From an uncultured Bifidobacteriaceae bacterium (lineage in GTDB: Bacteria; Verrucomicrobiota; Verrucomicrobiia; Limisphaerales; UBA11358), in the NCBI GenBank assembly GCA_964444085.1, contig CAYUGC010000003.1:1-49402 (forward strand): 49,402 nucleotides of DNA, in the 5' to 3' direction. The notes under the pieces were generated by a model. That model was not told the origin of the DNA. It did no database searches and saw only the letters and a list, made by a program, of their open reading frames with translations. Of the stretch, positions 14,552 to 22,597 are shown piece by piece. Each line of letters opens with the position of its first letter. The stretch's first letter is position 1. Made by a program: the position numbers and the translations under genes.

Positions 14552-16432
14552 TTAATTGTGCGACGCCGTGTAATTCGTAGTGCCCGGCGGCGGCACACAC
14601 CACGAGAAACGGATGGGCACCAGCGCCAGTGGGATGCCCGGCGGCACCTTGGACGGATTCAGGAAATTTAGATCGAAGCTGTAGTGCCGCGTGGGCGGAT
14701 TGTAATACGGGTTCACCGGTGTCGGGGTGAAGCCATAAGGATTGCGGAATTGGTTGGTGGCCATGTTGCTGTCCCAGAGGCGAAGAATCGAGGTGTTCAG
14801 CCACAGGTTTGCGCCGCTCCAATATTCAAGCAGGCGGGGCAGGTTGTGGACGCCGCCGCTGAAAGTGGTGTCGGTGATGCCGGTGGTATGCATCGTGCCG
14901 GTGACGATGGCGGCATTGATGGTGTCATCAACGGCTTGAAAAGTTGAGTTCTGCGCATAGGTGGTGTAACCGTCGCTGTCGTTCCAGTTCGCCGAAAGCA
15001 CCGTGAGCGCATCGGAGAACAGGGCGGCGGGCACGGTGTAACTCGTGTTAGTGGTCGCGGCGGAGGCGTTTGCTGCGCTGCCGGAAATTTGTGTGTTGTA
15101 GTTGCCTAGGACATAAAGCGGATCGGGCGTGGCCACGGAGAAGCCCAGGTTCCCATTGGCCGGCAACTGTGCCCCGTTCACCAGACGCACCGCCGGGAGC
15201 TGCCGGGAATTATAGCTCCGTCGGTCGGCCACATATATAAGTGTCGGATAAATTCCCGACGCCGCCGACAGTTTGCCCTGCACGAGAGAATTGGTTGCGC
15301 TCCAAGTAGCCAGCTTGCCCACGTCAATTTGCGTGAACAAGTTGGTGTCAGTTTCACGCTGGTCATAGGTTCTGTTGGTCAGGCTCAAGAAGGGCAGGTT
15401 GGTGCTCAATGAGGCGGGCGAGGAGTTGGTGTAAGGATTGACGACTTTCGCGGAGTCGCTGCCATTCACGTTGCCGTTCGCACCGAGCTGCAACGTGAGC
15501 AGCACCATGGGATTGGAGGCTCCGTTCATGTCGTTGGTCACGATGAGGATCATCTGCGCCTGGTTGTAAAGCCGCTGCGAGCCGGTGGTGGAGGTCGGGT
15601 CTTCGCCCGCCGGCGGTATATCGATGATGAAATGCGAGTTGGTCATGTTGAGCGACACCGTGACGGCGGCGACGTTGGTGGTGTAGGCGGGTGTGGCGTT
15701 GAAGGTGGTGTTCCAAGAGCCGGCGGCAAAAGCGCTTAAACCATCATCCGCCGGAGCCGTCAAGGTGCCAGTGGTGTTGACCGGGCTGTTGAAGGTCAGG
15801 GAGGCTGAAGTGCCGACATAGATGTCGCCATTGGCTTGCACGGGGCCGTTGACACTCATCGTGGCGCACTGCGTGAATTCCAAAAGGCCGTTATAAAAAA
15901 TTGCCCAGGTGTTCAACGGCACCAGCGCCAGCAGCACGTCTTCCTGCGCCGTGCCGATGACCCCGGTGGTGGAATTGGTCAACTGCGCGTTGGAGATGAT
16001 GCGGTAAATCGGCGAGTTGGTGGTGCAAAATCTTCCTATGTAAGCCGACGGCAGCGGCCCGCCGTAGGTGCCGACCTGGTAGATGCAGGTCTGTCCGTTG
16101 TTGCCCGCACCGTCGGAGAAATTGAACTGGGACCAGTAGGGGTCCTCGCTGGCGTTGGGCACGTTGGTCTGGAAGGCTGCGAGCCTTTGGGAGACACCAG
16201 CCACGTTCCAGTATTGGAACCAATAGACCATCTGGGCGTAGGACTTCTCCACGGCGGCCTCGGCGGCGCTGCAGGCGACGGCGTATTCGTTGTTGCGATT
16301 GTTGACGATGGCGATCGACTGCGTGCGGTTCAGCGCGCTGGCCACGATGAGCAGGCTGATGCCCACGAGGATGAGCACCAGCAGCAGCGCATACCCGCGC
16401 TGGCGTTGGAGAACTGGGCAGCTGATTTTCAT
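14552..16432 (-). CDS. Large PilX-N-terminal-domain pilus-associated protein (626 aa)
   Basis: N-terminus RQRGYALLLVLILVGISLLIVASALNRT (PilX_N-type hydrophobic helix). The rest is Thr/Asn/Ser-rich and predicted extracellular. Last gene of the minor-pilin operon. Confidence 0.7.
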   Translation of the reverse strand: MKISCPVLQRQRGYALLLVLILVGISLLIVASALNRTQSIAIVNNRNNEYAVACSAAEAAVEKSYAQMVYWFQYWNVAGVSQRLAAFQTNVPNASEDPYWSQFNFSDGAGNNGQTCIYQVGTYGGPLPSAYIGRFCTTNSPIYRIISNAQLTNSTTGVIGTAQEDVLLALVPLNTWAIFYNGLLEFTQCATMSVNGPVQANGDIYVGTSASLTFNSPVNTTGTLTAPADDGLSAFAAGSWNTTFNATPAYTTNVAAVTVSLNMTNSHFIIDIPPAGEDPTSTTGSQRLYNQAQMILIVTNDMNGASNPMVLLTLQLGANGNVNGSDSAKVVNPYTNSSPASLSTNLPFLSLTNRTYDQRETDTNLFTQIDVGKLATWSATNSLVQGKLSAASGIYPTLIYVADRRSYNSRQLPAVRLVNGAQLPANGNLGFSVATPDPLYVLGNYNTQISGSAANASAATTNTSYTVPAALFSDALTVLSANWNDSDGYTTYAQNSTFQAVDDTINAAIVTGTMHTTGITDTTFSGGVHNLPRLLEYWSGANLWLNTSILRLWDSNMATNQFRNPYGFTPTPVNPYYNPPTRHYSFDLNFLNPSKVPPGIPLALVPIRFSWCVPPPGTTNYTASHN

Positions 16433-16447
16433 AAATTTTGTATGGGT

Positions 16448-17104
16448 TTATTCCGGCAGGTGCGGCGTGGCGCGGAACTCGATCTTGTAATAGTCGTAAA
16501 GCCCGTTGGTGCCAACCGGCGTAAGCGGATATTGAAACTGGCAGTATTGCAGCGTCGTGTGGACTACCTGCTTCCAGCCCCTGCTGGTGCCGTCGTTCGT
16601 CATGAGATTGCCGTTGAAATTTTCCACGTTGAACGTGTAGCCGCCGCCCAGCCAGTTCACCAGGTTGGAGGCCAGCACCACCGGGTTCCAGACTGTGTTG
16701 GTGGCATTTCGCACCAGATGGCCGTCGTTGTTGTTGGAATAGGTCAGGTCAAAGTAATAAAGGATATACGCGCTGCCGTTCGTGCTCTCAAACAACTTTA
16801 GCGCCGTGCCCGACGCGGCATTGGTGGCGATTACAAAATTGGTTCCTGACATGTTGCCGATGAACCACATCTTCGCCTGCTTGATGTCCTCCGGCAGCTT
16901 CTGCAGCACCTTCCGCGAGGAATCGCTCGCGCCGCTCTTGGTCTCGACCCACTGGTCCTCGCGCAGCCCCACCAAGTGCGCGGCCATGATGGCGATGATC
17001 AGCATGGTCATGATCGCCGAGGCGAACATGATTTCGACGAGCGTGCCGCCGGCTTCAGGCCGGCGGCGTTTGCCGGGTTGGAATGGGAGCAGGCAGATGT
17101 TCAT
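16448..17104 (-). CDS. Prepilin-type N-terminal domain protein (PilW-like minor pilin)
   Basis: Track ORF 16448..17698 trimmed to the ATG at 17104 (MNICLLPFQPGKRRRPEAGGTLVEIMFASAIMTMLIIAIMAA), a class-III signal-peptide-like G/TLVE motif. That start lies 3 nt after the upstream gene's stop (17107). Confidence 0.7.
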   Translation of the reverse strand: MNICLLPFQPGKRRRPEAGGTLVEIMFASAIMTMLIIAIMAAHLVGLREDQWVETKSGASDSSRKVLQKLPEDIKQAKMWFIGNMSGTNFVIATNAASGTALKLFESTNGSAYILYYFDLTYSNNNDGHLVRNATNTVWNPVVLASNLVNWLGGGYTFNVENFNGNLMTNDGTSRGWKQVVHTTLQYCQFQYPLTPVGTNGLYDYYKIEFRATPHLPE

Positions 17105-17106
17105 TC

Positions 17107-17652
17107 TTAAAATGGGGCGCGGTTGTCCGGCGCCAGCAGGGTGCCTACGGTGTTGGTATAGGTTCGCTTGGAAAATTTCCCCCAGCCGGCAAACGGCCAC
17201 ACCGTGTCCACCCGGACCATCTGGAGTTGGATGTTTGGATTGGTGACGCCATTGACGAACACCTGTGAGACGGTGATGAAATTGGTGGCGATGCTGTAAT
17301 TGTTGGTATGCCACGGCACGTCCAAAATGTTCGTGGTATAGCCGGTCATTGTCCAGCCGCCGCCCGCCGTGGCGTTCGTCACCTTGTTTATCAGGCTCAT
17401 GCCCAGGATTTCGATTTTGCCGCTGGAGGCATCCCACGCTGCCGAGCGTGTCTGCTCCAGCGTTTGCAGCGAGAGGGTCTGTGCCGCGAGCGAAAAGCCC
17501 GACCACTCCGCCTTCGTCGCGCCGCCGACGTAACCGCCCACGATGGTGCCAAACGAAACCGCCACAATGACGAAGGCGATGAGCACCTCCCACAGCCCGC
17601 CGACATAGCCGGCTTGCCGCCGCCTGCCGCTGATGTTTTGTCTTATGTGCAT
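17107..17652 (-). CDS. Prepilin-type N-terminal domain protein (PilV/GspH-like minor pilin)
   Basis: Trimmed to the ATG at 17652: MHIRQNISGRRRQAGYVGGLWEVLIAFVIVAVSFG (Gly-hydrophobic-Glu pilin-like N-terminus). Confidence 0.65.
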   Translation of the reverse strand: MHIRQNISGRRRQAGYVGGLWEVLIAFVIVAVSFGTIVGGYVGGATKAEWSGFSLAAQTLSLQTLEQTRSAAWDASSGKIEILGMSLINKVTNATAGGGWTMTGYTTNILDVPWHTNNYSIATNFITVSQVFVNGVTNPNIQLQMVRVDTVWPFAGWGKFSKRTYTNTVGTLLAPDNRAPF

Positions 17653-17681
17653 GAAATGATTCTCCGCAACCTCCGAAACGT

Positions 17682-17697
17682 AGCACTTGCCGCGCCA
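17682..17697 (-). promoter_or_regulatory. sigma54-type -24/-12 promoter candidate upstream of the minor-pilin operon
   Basis: The minus strand reads TGGCGCGGCAAGTGCT, ~30 nt upstream of the ATG at 17652. 15/16 identical to the pilM-proximal box. Confidence 0.5.
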
Positions 17698-17787
17698 TTT
17701 TTCCAAATTCTTATTCACCCCACCTGCCGCGTCAATCCTCGTTCCACAACGGGACAGCCTTGTCCCAAATCACCGCAGTCGGTGGGA

Positions 17788-18660
17788 TTACACCAGCTCC
17801 TTCGCCCGCTGCCGGGCCATCTGCAGGAACGCCTCCAGCAATGGCGTCGCCTTGCCGCGCCACTGCGCGCCGATGAGCGCCGGCGGAAAATTCTTCAGCG
17901 GCAGCACCCGCACGTTCGCCGGCAGCGGGCGCTGCGGCACCGCCACGCCGAGGCCGATGCCCAGTCCGCCTGCCACATAGGTCTCAATCAGGTCCACCGA
18001 GCTGGCCTCCACCGTCGGGAACCATTCCACGTCCAGCTCCGCCAGCCGCGCCAGGAAATTTTTCGTCAGCGGCTCCGTCGCCGGCAGGCAGATGAGCGAC
18101 TCGGTGATCTTGTCGCGCGCCCACAGTTCTTCCGCCGACTTCAGTGTGGACTTTTTTTCCACCAGCAGCGCCAGCGGCAGCTCCAGCAAAATTTCCGACT
18201 GGAAACCCGCCGGCGGCTTGCGCTCGACCAGCGTGATGACCATGTCAATTTCATCCTTCGCCAGCAAATCCTCCAGTTGCGCCGGGAACCCTTCGCGCAA
18301 GGAAACCTTCAGGCCGGGAAATTTTATATGCACGCCTTGCAACAACTTTGGCAGATGGTCGCGCAGCACAATCGTCGAGGCGCCGATGCGGAAATGCCGC
18401 GCGTGCCCGCCTTGGAATTCCGCCGCGACCTTGCCGAGGTTCGTGAAAAACGGCGCGCAGAAGGCGTAAAGCTTTTCGCCCGCCGGCGTCAGCGCAAACG
18501 GTCGCCGCTGAAAAAGCGTCACGCCTAAATATTCTTCAAGTTGCGCCACCTGTGCGCTCACCGCCGGCTGCTGGATGCCGTAGGGGATGTTGCGCACCGC
18601 CGGCATGATGCCGCCGTGCCGGGCGACGTAGTAAAAAAGTTCGAGGTGATGGACATTCAT
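17788..18660 (-). CDS. LysR-family transcriptional regulator
   Basis: Trimmed to MNVHHLELFYYVARHGGIMPAVRNIPYGIQQPAVSAQVAQLEEYLGVTLFQRRP (canonical LysR HTH), followed by a substrate-binding domain. Confidence 0.9.
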   Translation of the reverse strand: MNVHHLELFYYVARHGGIMPAVRNIPYGIQQPAVSAQVAQLEEYLGVTLFQRRPFALTPAGEKLYAFCAPFFTNLGKVAAEFQGGHARHFRIGASTIVLRDHLPKLLQGVHIKFPGLKVSLREGFPAQLEDLLAKDEIDMVITLVERKPPAGFQSEILLELPLALLVEKKSTLKSAEELWARDKITESLICLPATEPLTKNFLARLAELDVEWFPTVEASSVDLIETYVAGGLGIGLGVAVPQRPLPANVRVLPLKNFPPALIGAQWRGKATPLLEAFLQMARQRAKELV

Positions 18661-18720
18661 GGCGCGCGCCTCTGCCGTCAGTCTTATCGAAGCGGCTGGC
18701 TGCTGCAAGTGTCGAACGGA

Positions 18721-19671
18721 TTATTTTTGCACCGGCACCGCCGGGTTCACCGGCGTGAACGGATTGTCCGCGCGGGTCGCGGCGCGGACGCCAAGCGCCG
18801 CGCCCTCGTCGCGCACCAGGTGGCTCAGGCTGCGCAAACCGTGCCCGGCATTCTCGACGGAAAAATTATACCACTGCGCGTGTTCATCCGTCACGATGCC
18901 GTCCACGCCCATTTTAATATAGTGTTTCAACAGGATCGGATTGTTCACCGACCACGTTCCGACGAAACGGATTTGGTGCAGTTCGTCGCGCATCTGGCAG
19001 GCGAGTTTCACCGCGCCGTGAATCAGAAACATGTTCAGGAACGTGTTCACCGGCACAATGCCGTCGCAGAATGCCTGGTTCGCGACATGGGCATCCGTGA
19101 AAATTCCGCTCACCATCACCGGATCGGAATAGCCGTCAATCATCACGCCCTCGCGCGGGCCGAGCTGGTTGGCAATGCGCGCGAACATCGCCTTGTCCTT
19201 GGGCTTGCCGACGGAAATCAATGTCACCATTTCCGTGCGGTCGGGTTCCGCGCCGACCAGGTGCTGGCGGATGGCGGCCAGCAGTTGTTCGCCGTGTTCC
19301 GGCGTGGCCGCGAGCGTCTTGCAGTCGAAATATACGAGGCAGAATTTGTCATCCCCCTTGGCCAGCGTGTGCAGGCCGTCGAGAAATTCCGCCAGCGGTA
19401 TCGCCTCAGTTTTTTTGGTCGCGCCGCCGCCGAGGTCCGGGCCGTGGCCGATGCACAGGACGTTCGTCTCGCCCGCGAGTTCGTTCACGTCAATTTCCAG
19501 CGCGTTCGCGCCCGCCGCGAGACATTCGCGCGCCTTCGCCAGCGTGTTCGCGCCGTGCGCGATGATATAAAATGGCCGCAGCGGCTTGGCTGGTGAATTT
19601 GTTTCCGCACCCAAAACCGCCGGTGCCAAGGCCAGCAGCAGGGCGATACAGATTTTTTGGGCGGCGATCAT
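18721..19671 (-). CDS. Secreted GDPD-fold phospholipase D / sphingomyelinase-D-like enzyme
   Basis: Trimmed to MIAAQKICIALLLALAPAVLGAE (signal peptide). PFYIIAHGANTL...AGANALEIDV...LCIGHGPD reproduces the His / Glu-x-Asp / His catalytic pattern I recall from Corynebacterium PLD and spider SMase D. This is from memory and unverified. Confidence 0.6.
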   Translation of the reverse strand: MIAAQKICIALLLALAPAVLGAETNSPAKPLRPFYIIAHGANTLAKARECLAAGANALEIDVNELAGETNVLCIGHGPDLGGGATKKTEAIPLAEFLDGLHTLAKGDDKFCLVYFDCKTLAATPEHGEQLLAAIRQHLVGAEPDRTEMVTLISVGKPKDKAMFARIANQLGPREGVMIDGYSDPVMVSGIFTDAHVANQAFCDGIVPVNTFLNMFLIHGAVKLACQMRDELHQIRFVGTWSVNNPILLKHYIKMGVDGIVTDEHAQWYNFSVENAGHGLRSLSHLVRDEGAALGVRAATRADNPFTPVNPAVPVQK

Positions 19672-19810
19672 CGTTGGCGCAAACACGGGCGGCACAATAA
19701 TCGCCGCGCCGCGCCGGCAAAAGCAAAATGTCCGCCATTGACGGAAACGATACCGCCGAAGTTTTATCAATTCACGCTCGTGCCGGAAACACGATTACAG
19801 TGGCATTGCG

Positions 19811-20353
19811 ATGAAAGCCATGACCTTTCTTCTCCTGCCGCTGGCCGCGTTGCTGGTGACCGGCTGCGTGGGTCTGGTCGTGCCGCTGCCGTCGTCCGGC
19901 GGTAAGGCTTACGGTCACGCCGTGACGCCGGCGCAGGTGAAGTTCATCGTCCCCGGCCAGACCACGCGGGCGGAAGTCGTGCGGGAGTTCGGCGGCCCCG
20001 GCCACATTTCACTGCGGCAGCCGGCGCTGGCCTACACTTGGGAGGAACCTGCCGCCGACCTGCTGTGGTTCTGGATCATTCCGTTTCCGCCGGGAGCCGG
20101 CGACGGCGGCTGCGTCGAACGCGCCCATTGGCGGGCATTTTTTGTGGCGTTTGATGCGGCGGGAAAAGTCAGCCGCACACAATTCATTTTGCTCGCCGGT
20201 GGCCGGTCGCTGGACGAGCAGCTCGACCGCTGGGCGGTGCGCGACCGCGAAGCCTGCCGGGTGGCCGAAATTTTCTTTGATGCCGATTCCGGCGCGCCCA
20301 TTTTCGTCCAGGCGGCGCTGGATCATTTGGGCAAACGCTACCAACAAAAATGA
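19811..20353 (+). CDS. Lipoprotein, SmpA/OmlA(BamE)-like fold suspected
   Basis: 180 aa. Lipobox LLVTGC. The motif ...IVPGQTTRAEVVREFGGP... is typical of the BamE-like domain. Confidence 0.6.
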   Translation: MKAMTFLLLPLAALLVTGCVGLVVPLPSSGGKAYGHAVTPAQVKFIVPGQTTRAEVVREFGGPGHISLRQPALAYTWEEPAADLLWFWIIPFPPGAGDGGCVERAHWRAFFVAFDAAGKVSRTQFILLAGGRSLDEQLDRWAVRDREACRVAEIFFDADSGAPIFVQAALDHLGKRYQQK

Positions 20354-20415
20354 AGCCGCACCTTCCATTCGCCGTGCTCCCGTCCGCGCCGAAACGGTGC
20401 GGGCTGCAAAAGGTT

Positions 20416-20826
20416 TCAACCTTTGATCCGCTTTTTCAAAGTCCACCAGCACTCCGCCATCAGGAGGAAAAACACCGCATCGGCGATGCCGAAGATTTCG
20501 CCGAAGGCGACGTGCGGCAGGTGGCCTTGCGCCCAGTAATAAATGGCCGTGCCCGCATAGGCCAGTTTGTAGAGCGTGCCGACGAGGATCAAATCCGCGT
20601 TGCGCTGCAAATCGCCACGCGCGATCAAAACATAGGCGATGCCGATGACCAGCACGAACGCGCCCAGCAGCGTCAGATAACCGCGGATTGCCGGCAGCTT
20701 GTCGCTGATGCCCAGCGCGGCAAAGGCGCGCTCGGCAAAAAACATGAAGGTGACGCCGAGCAGAAAATCGTAAATGGCGGAGATGGTAAAAAGGGCCCGA
20801 TAATACTTTTCTCTGGCTGGCTTCAT
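20416..20826 (-). CDS. Small integral membrane protein (4 predicted TM), unknown function
   Basis: Trimmed to the ATG at 20826: MKPAREKYYRALFTISAIYDFLLGVTFMFF... Hydrophobic helices throughout. Confidence 0.6.
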   Translation of the reverse strand: MKPAREKYYRALFTISAIYDFLLGVTFMFFAERAFAALGISDKLPAIRGYLTLLGAFVLVIGIAYVLIARGDLQRNADLILVGTLYKLAYAGTAIYYWAQGHLPHVAFGEIFGIADAVFFLLMAECWWTLKKRIKG

Positions 20827-20862
20827 GTCATAAGTTTGTAGCGCAACCCCGAATGGAATCAA

Positions 20863-21249
20863 ATGAAATCTAATCCAAATCTTTTCCTCGCCTGGCTGTG
20901 GATTCTGCTCGGCTTCGTCTCCGGTATGGTGCTCGGCCTGTTCTTCCACCGCGAAAACTGGCTGGGCGGCTATGGCAGTTTCAAGCGCCGGATGTATCGG
21001 CTCGGCCATATTTCATTTTTCGGCCTCGGTGCGGTCAACCTGCTGTTCTGTCTGACGGTGCAAAACTTTGCGCTGGTGGGGCAGGGCATTGGCATTGCGT
21101 CGTGGGCCTTCATTGTGGGCGCGATTGCGATGCCTGTTTGCTGCGTGGTGATGGCGAGTTTTCCCAAAGCCCGCTTGATTTTTTCCGTGCCGGTCGTGAG
21201 CCTTATCACCGGGGCGACCTTTACCGTGTGGCAACTTTTGAAACAATGA
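20863..21249 (+). CDS. Small integral membrane protein (4 predicted TM), unknown function
   Basis: 128 aa, MKSNPNLFLAWLWILLGFVSGMVLGLFF... Divergent from 20416..20826 with a 36-bp spacer. Confidence 0.6.
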   Translation: MKSNPNLFLAWLWILLGFVSGMVLGLFFHRENWLGGYGSFKRRMYRLGHISFFGLGAVNLLFCLTVQNFALVGQGIGIASWAFIVGAIAMPVCCVVMASFPKARLIFSVPVVSLITGATFTVWQLLKQ

Positions 21250-22099
21250 GAACGCTGGCTGCCAGCTTGGTTGAATTGTGCTACCACCGTCTTTCGTTCG
21301 CCCTGAGAGCCGGTCTAAAAATGGTGGCGTCGGCCATCTTGGCTGACGTAGAGCCGGGGCTTCCAGCCCGGCGGAACGGCGTCGCAGCGAAGAAAACCAC
21401 TGGTCCATTCGGGCGTTTCACCCCGCCGGCGTTTTTTTCGGGCGGCAAGATGCCGCCCTCTGCGGCAAGCAGGGATGCCTGCCACCACAATTTCAGACAG
21501 CCTCTAAGCCGGCGGAACGCCGGCGCTCCGCTTCATCGAAAGGATTCCCCGAATCCCGATTCGCGCATTGCCTTCCCGAACCCTCTTGTGGTCAGGCTTT
21601 GTCGAGACGCAGGGAAAGTTTCTCCCTCTCCGCGTTTGACTGGGGCAGAGGGGTCAAATGGGGCCGGGGTGAGGTGCTCCTCCCACCATCTTGGGGTTCA
21701 TAGGGAGTGGACCGGGTTCATAGGTCCCGCCTTTTCCTTCGGTTCGAACCTTGTTACCCCGGCTGCTCCGGTTTTGAAATCAGCTCCGGGGGCTGGCGGC
21801 ATGCCGCCCCCGGGCTGGGAGAGTGTAAATTGTACAGAAAATATAATATACAATATTAGGCTTGCCTTCCCGGCGACCTTGGCTACGCTGGGTCGCATGC
21901 AGCCTGAATCTCTTCCCCCGTTTCGGTCTGTCCGCAGGCGGCTCGCCGCCTGCGCGATCAGCTTGCCGGGCTGCTCGATCAGGCCTGCGGGGAAACCCTC
22001 GCGCCAACAACCCCGGCAACTCCCACCACACCGCTGGTCCGGCCAAACCACGAATGTATCAAGCCCACAACCACCTCCAGAACGCCACCTTCGGGCCGT

Positions 22100-22176
22100 G
22101 TCACCTTTTGTCACTTTTCTGCACTTCCAAAACCGGGTGACAAAAAGGGACAAATCGTGCCAAAAAGTGCCAAAAA
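22100..22176. repeat. 15-bp-arm inverted repeat plus a 10-bp-phased A-tract array
   Basis: GTCACCTTTTGTCAC (22100-22114) pairs with GTGACAAAAAGGGAC (22137-22151), 13/15 complementary. A-tracts start at 22142, 22152, 22162 and 22172 (exact 10-bp period), with an extra A4 at 22129. Confidence 0.7.
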
Positions 22177-22340
22177 GTGTCATTCGATTGCTCAGAAATG
22201 ATGGGAGCGGGCATTTTTGCCGGGGTGTTTCCCCCTCTTCCGGCCTTCGGTTGCCTTCTCTCCCACCGGGGGAGAAGGTCAGGATGAGGGGGCGCTCGCA
22301 GTCAACCGGGCGTCCATACTTAAGTTTTCTACAAATCCGG

Positions 22341-22372
22341 TCTTCTTTGGTCTGGTTTGGTCTGGTTTGGTC
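22341..22372. repeat. Tandem 10-mer TCTGGTTTGG x3 (first unit TCTTCTTTGG)
   Basis: Read directly: tcttctttgg tctggtttgg tctggtttgg tcg... Confidence 0.8.
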
Positions 22373-22494
22373 GTCTCCCGGGACGCCCACGCCTCCAATT
22401 GGGTGGCCCGGATTGGGTCGCCAGACGGGCTGGCCAGCGCCGATGCCCCTTCCCCTTGGCGGGCGTTCGCCCGGCGGCGCACCGAAACATGGGC

Positions 22495-22540
22495 GACAAA
22501 AACGCCAAAACGCGACAAATTGCGCCAAAACACGACAAAT
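22495..22540. repeat. Second 10-bp-phased A-tract array (alternating CGACAAA / CGCCAAAA)
   Basis: A-tracts start at 22498, 22507, 22517, 22527 and 22537. Ends ~58 nt upstream of the radical-SAM ATG. Confidence 0.75.
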
Positions 22541-22597
22541 CGGGTCTCGGACGGTCTTTGTCAGTGGTTTTGACAGAAACTCAACCATAGGAGCGTT

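Larger units (their letters stand above)
21250..22597. other. 1.35-kb gene-free mosaic of GC-rich hairpin repeats, direct repeats and phased A/T tracts
   Basis: Only low-complexity P/R/S/G-rich ORFs in any frame. Contains palindromes GGCGGCATGCCGCC (21796-21809), GGCGGCAAGATGCCGCC, GGCAAGCAGGGATGCCTGCC (21440-21485), a GGGTTCATAGG x2 direct repeat (21694, 21714), and more. Confidence 0.7.

Noticed and set aside
21735-21755. tRNA T-arm-like GGTTCGAACC, considered as a tRNA gene or att-site remnant
   Set aside because: I could not fold an acceptor stem, D-arm or anticodon arm around it, and there is no integrase nearby. It is a simple 10-nt palindrome.
22380-22597. Cobalamin riboswitch upstream of the B12-dependent radical SAM gene
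   Set aside because: I could find no B12-box-like core (…GCCACTG…) or the conserved GGGAA/GGTG elements. The region is dominated by A-tract repeats instead. An Infernal scan would be decisive.
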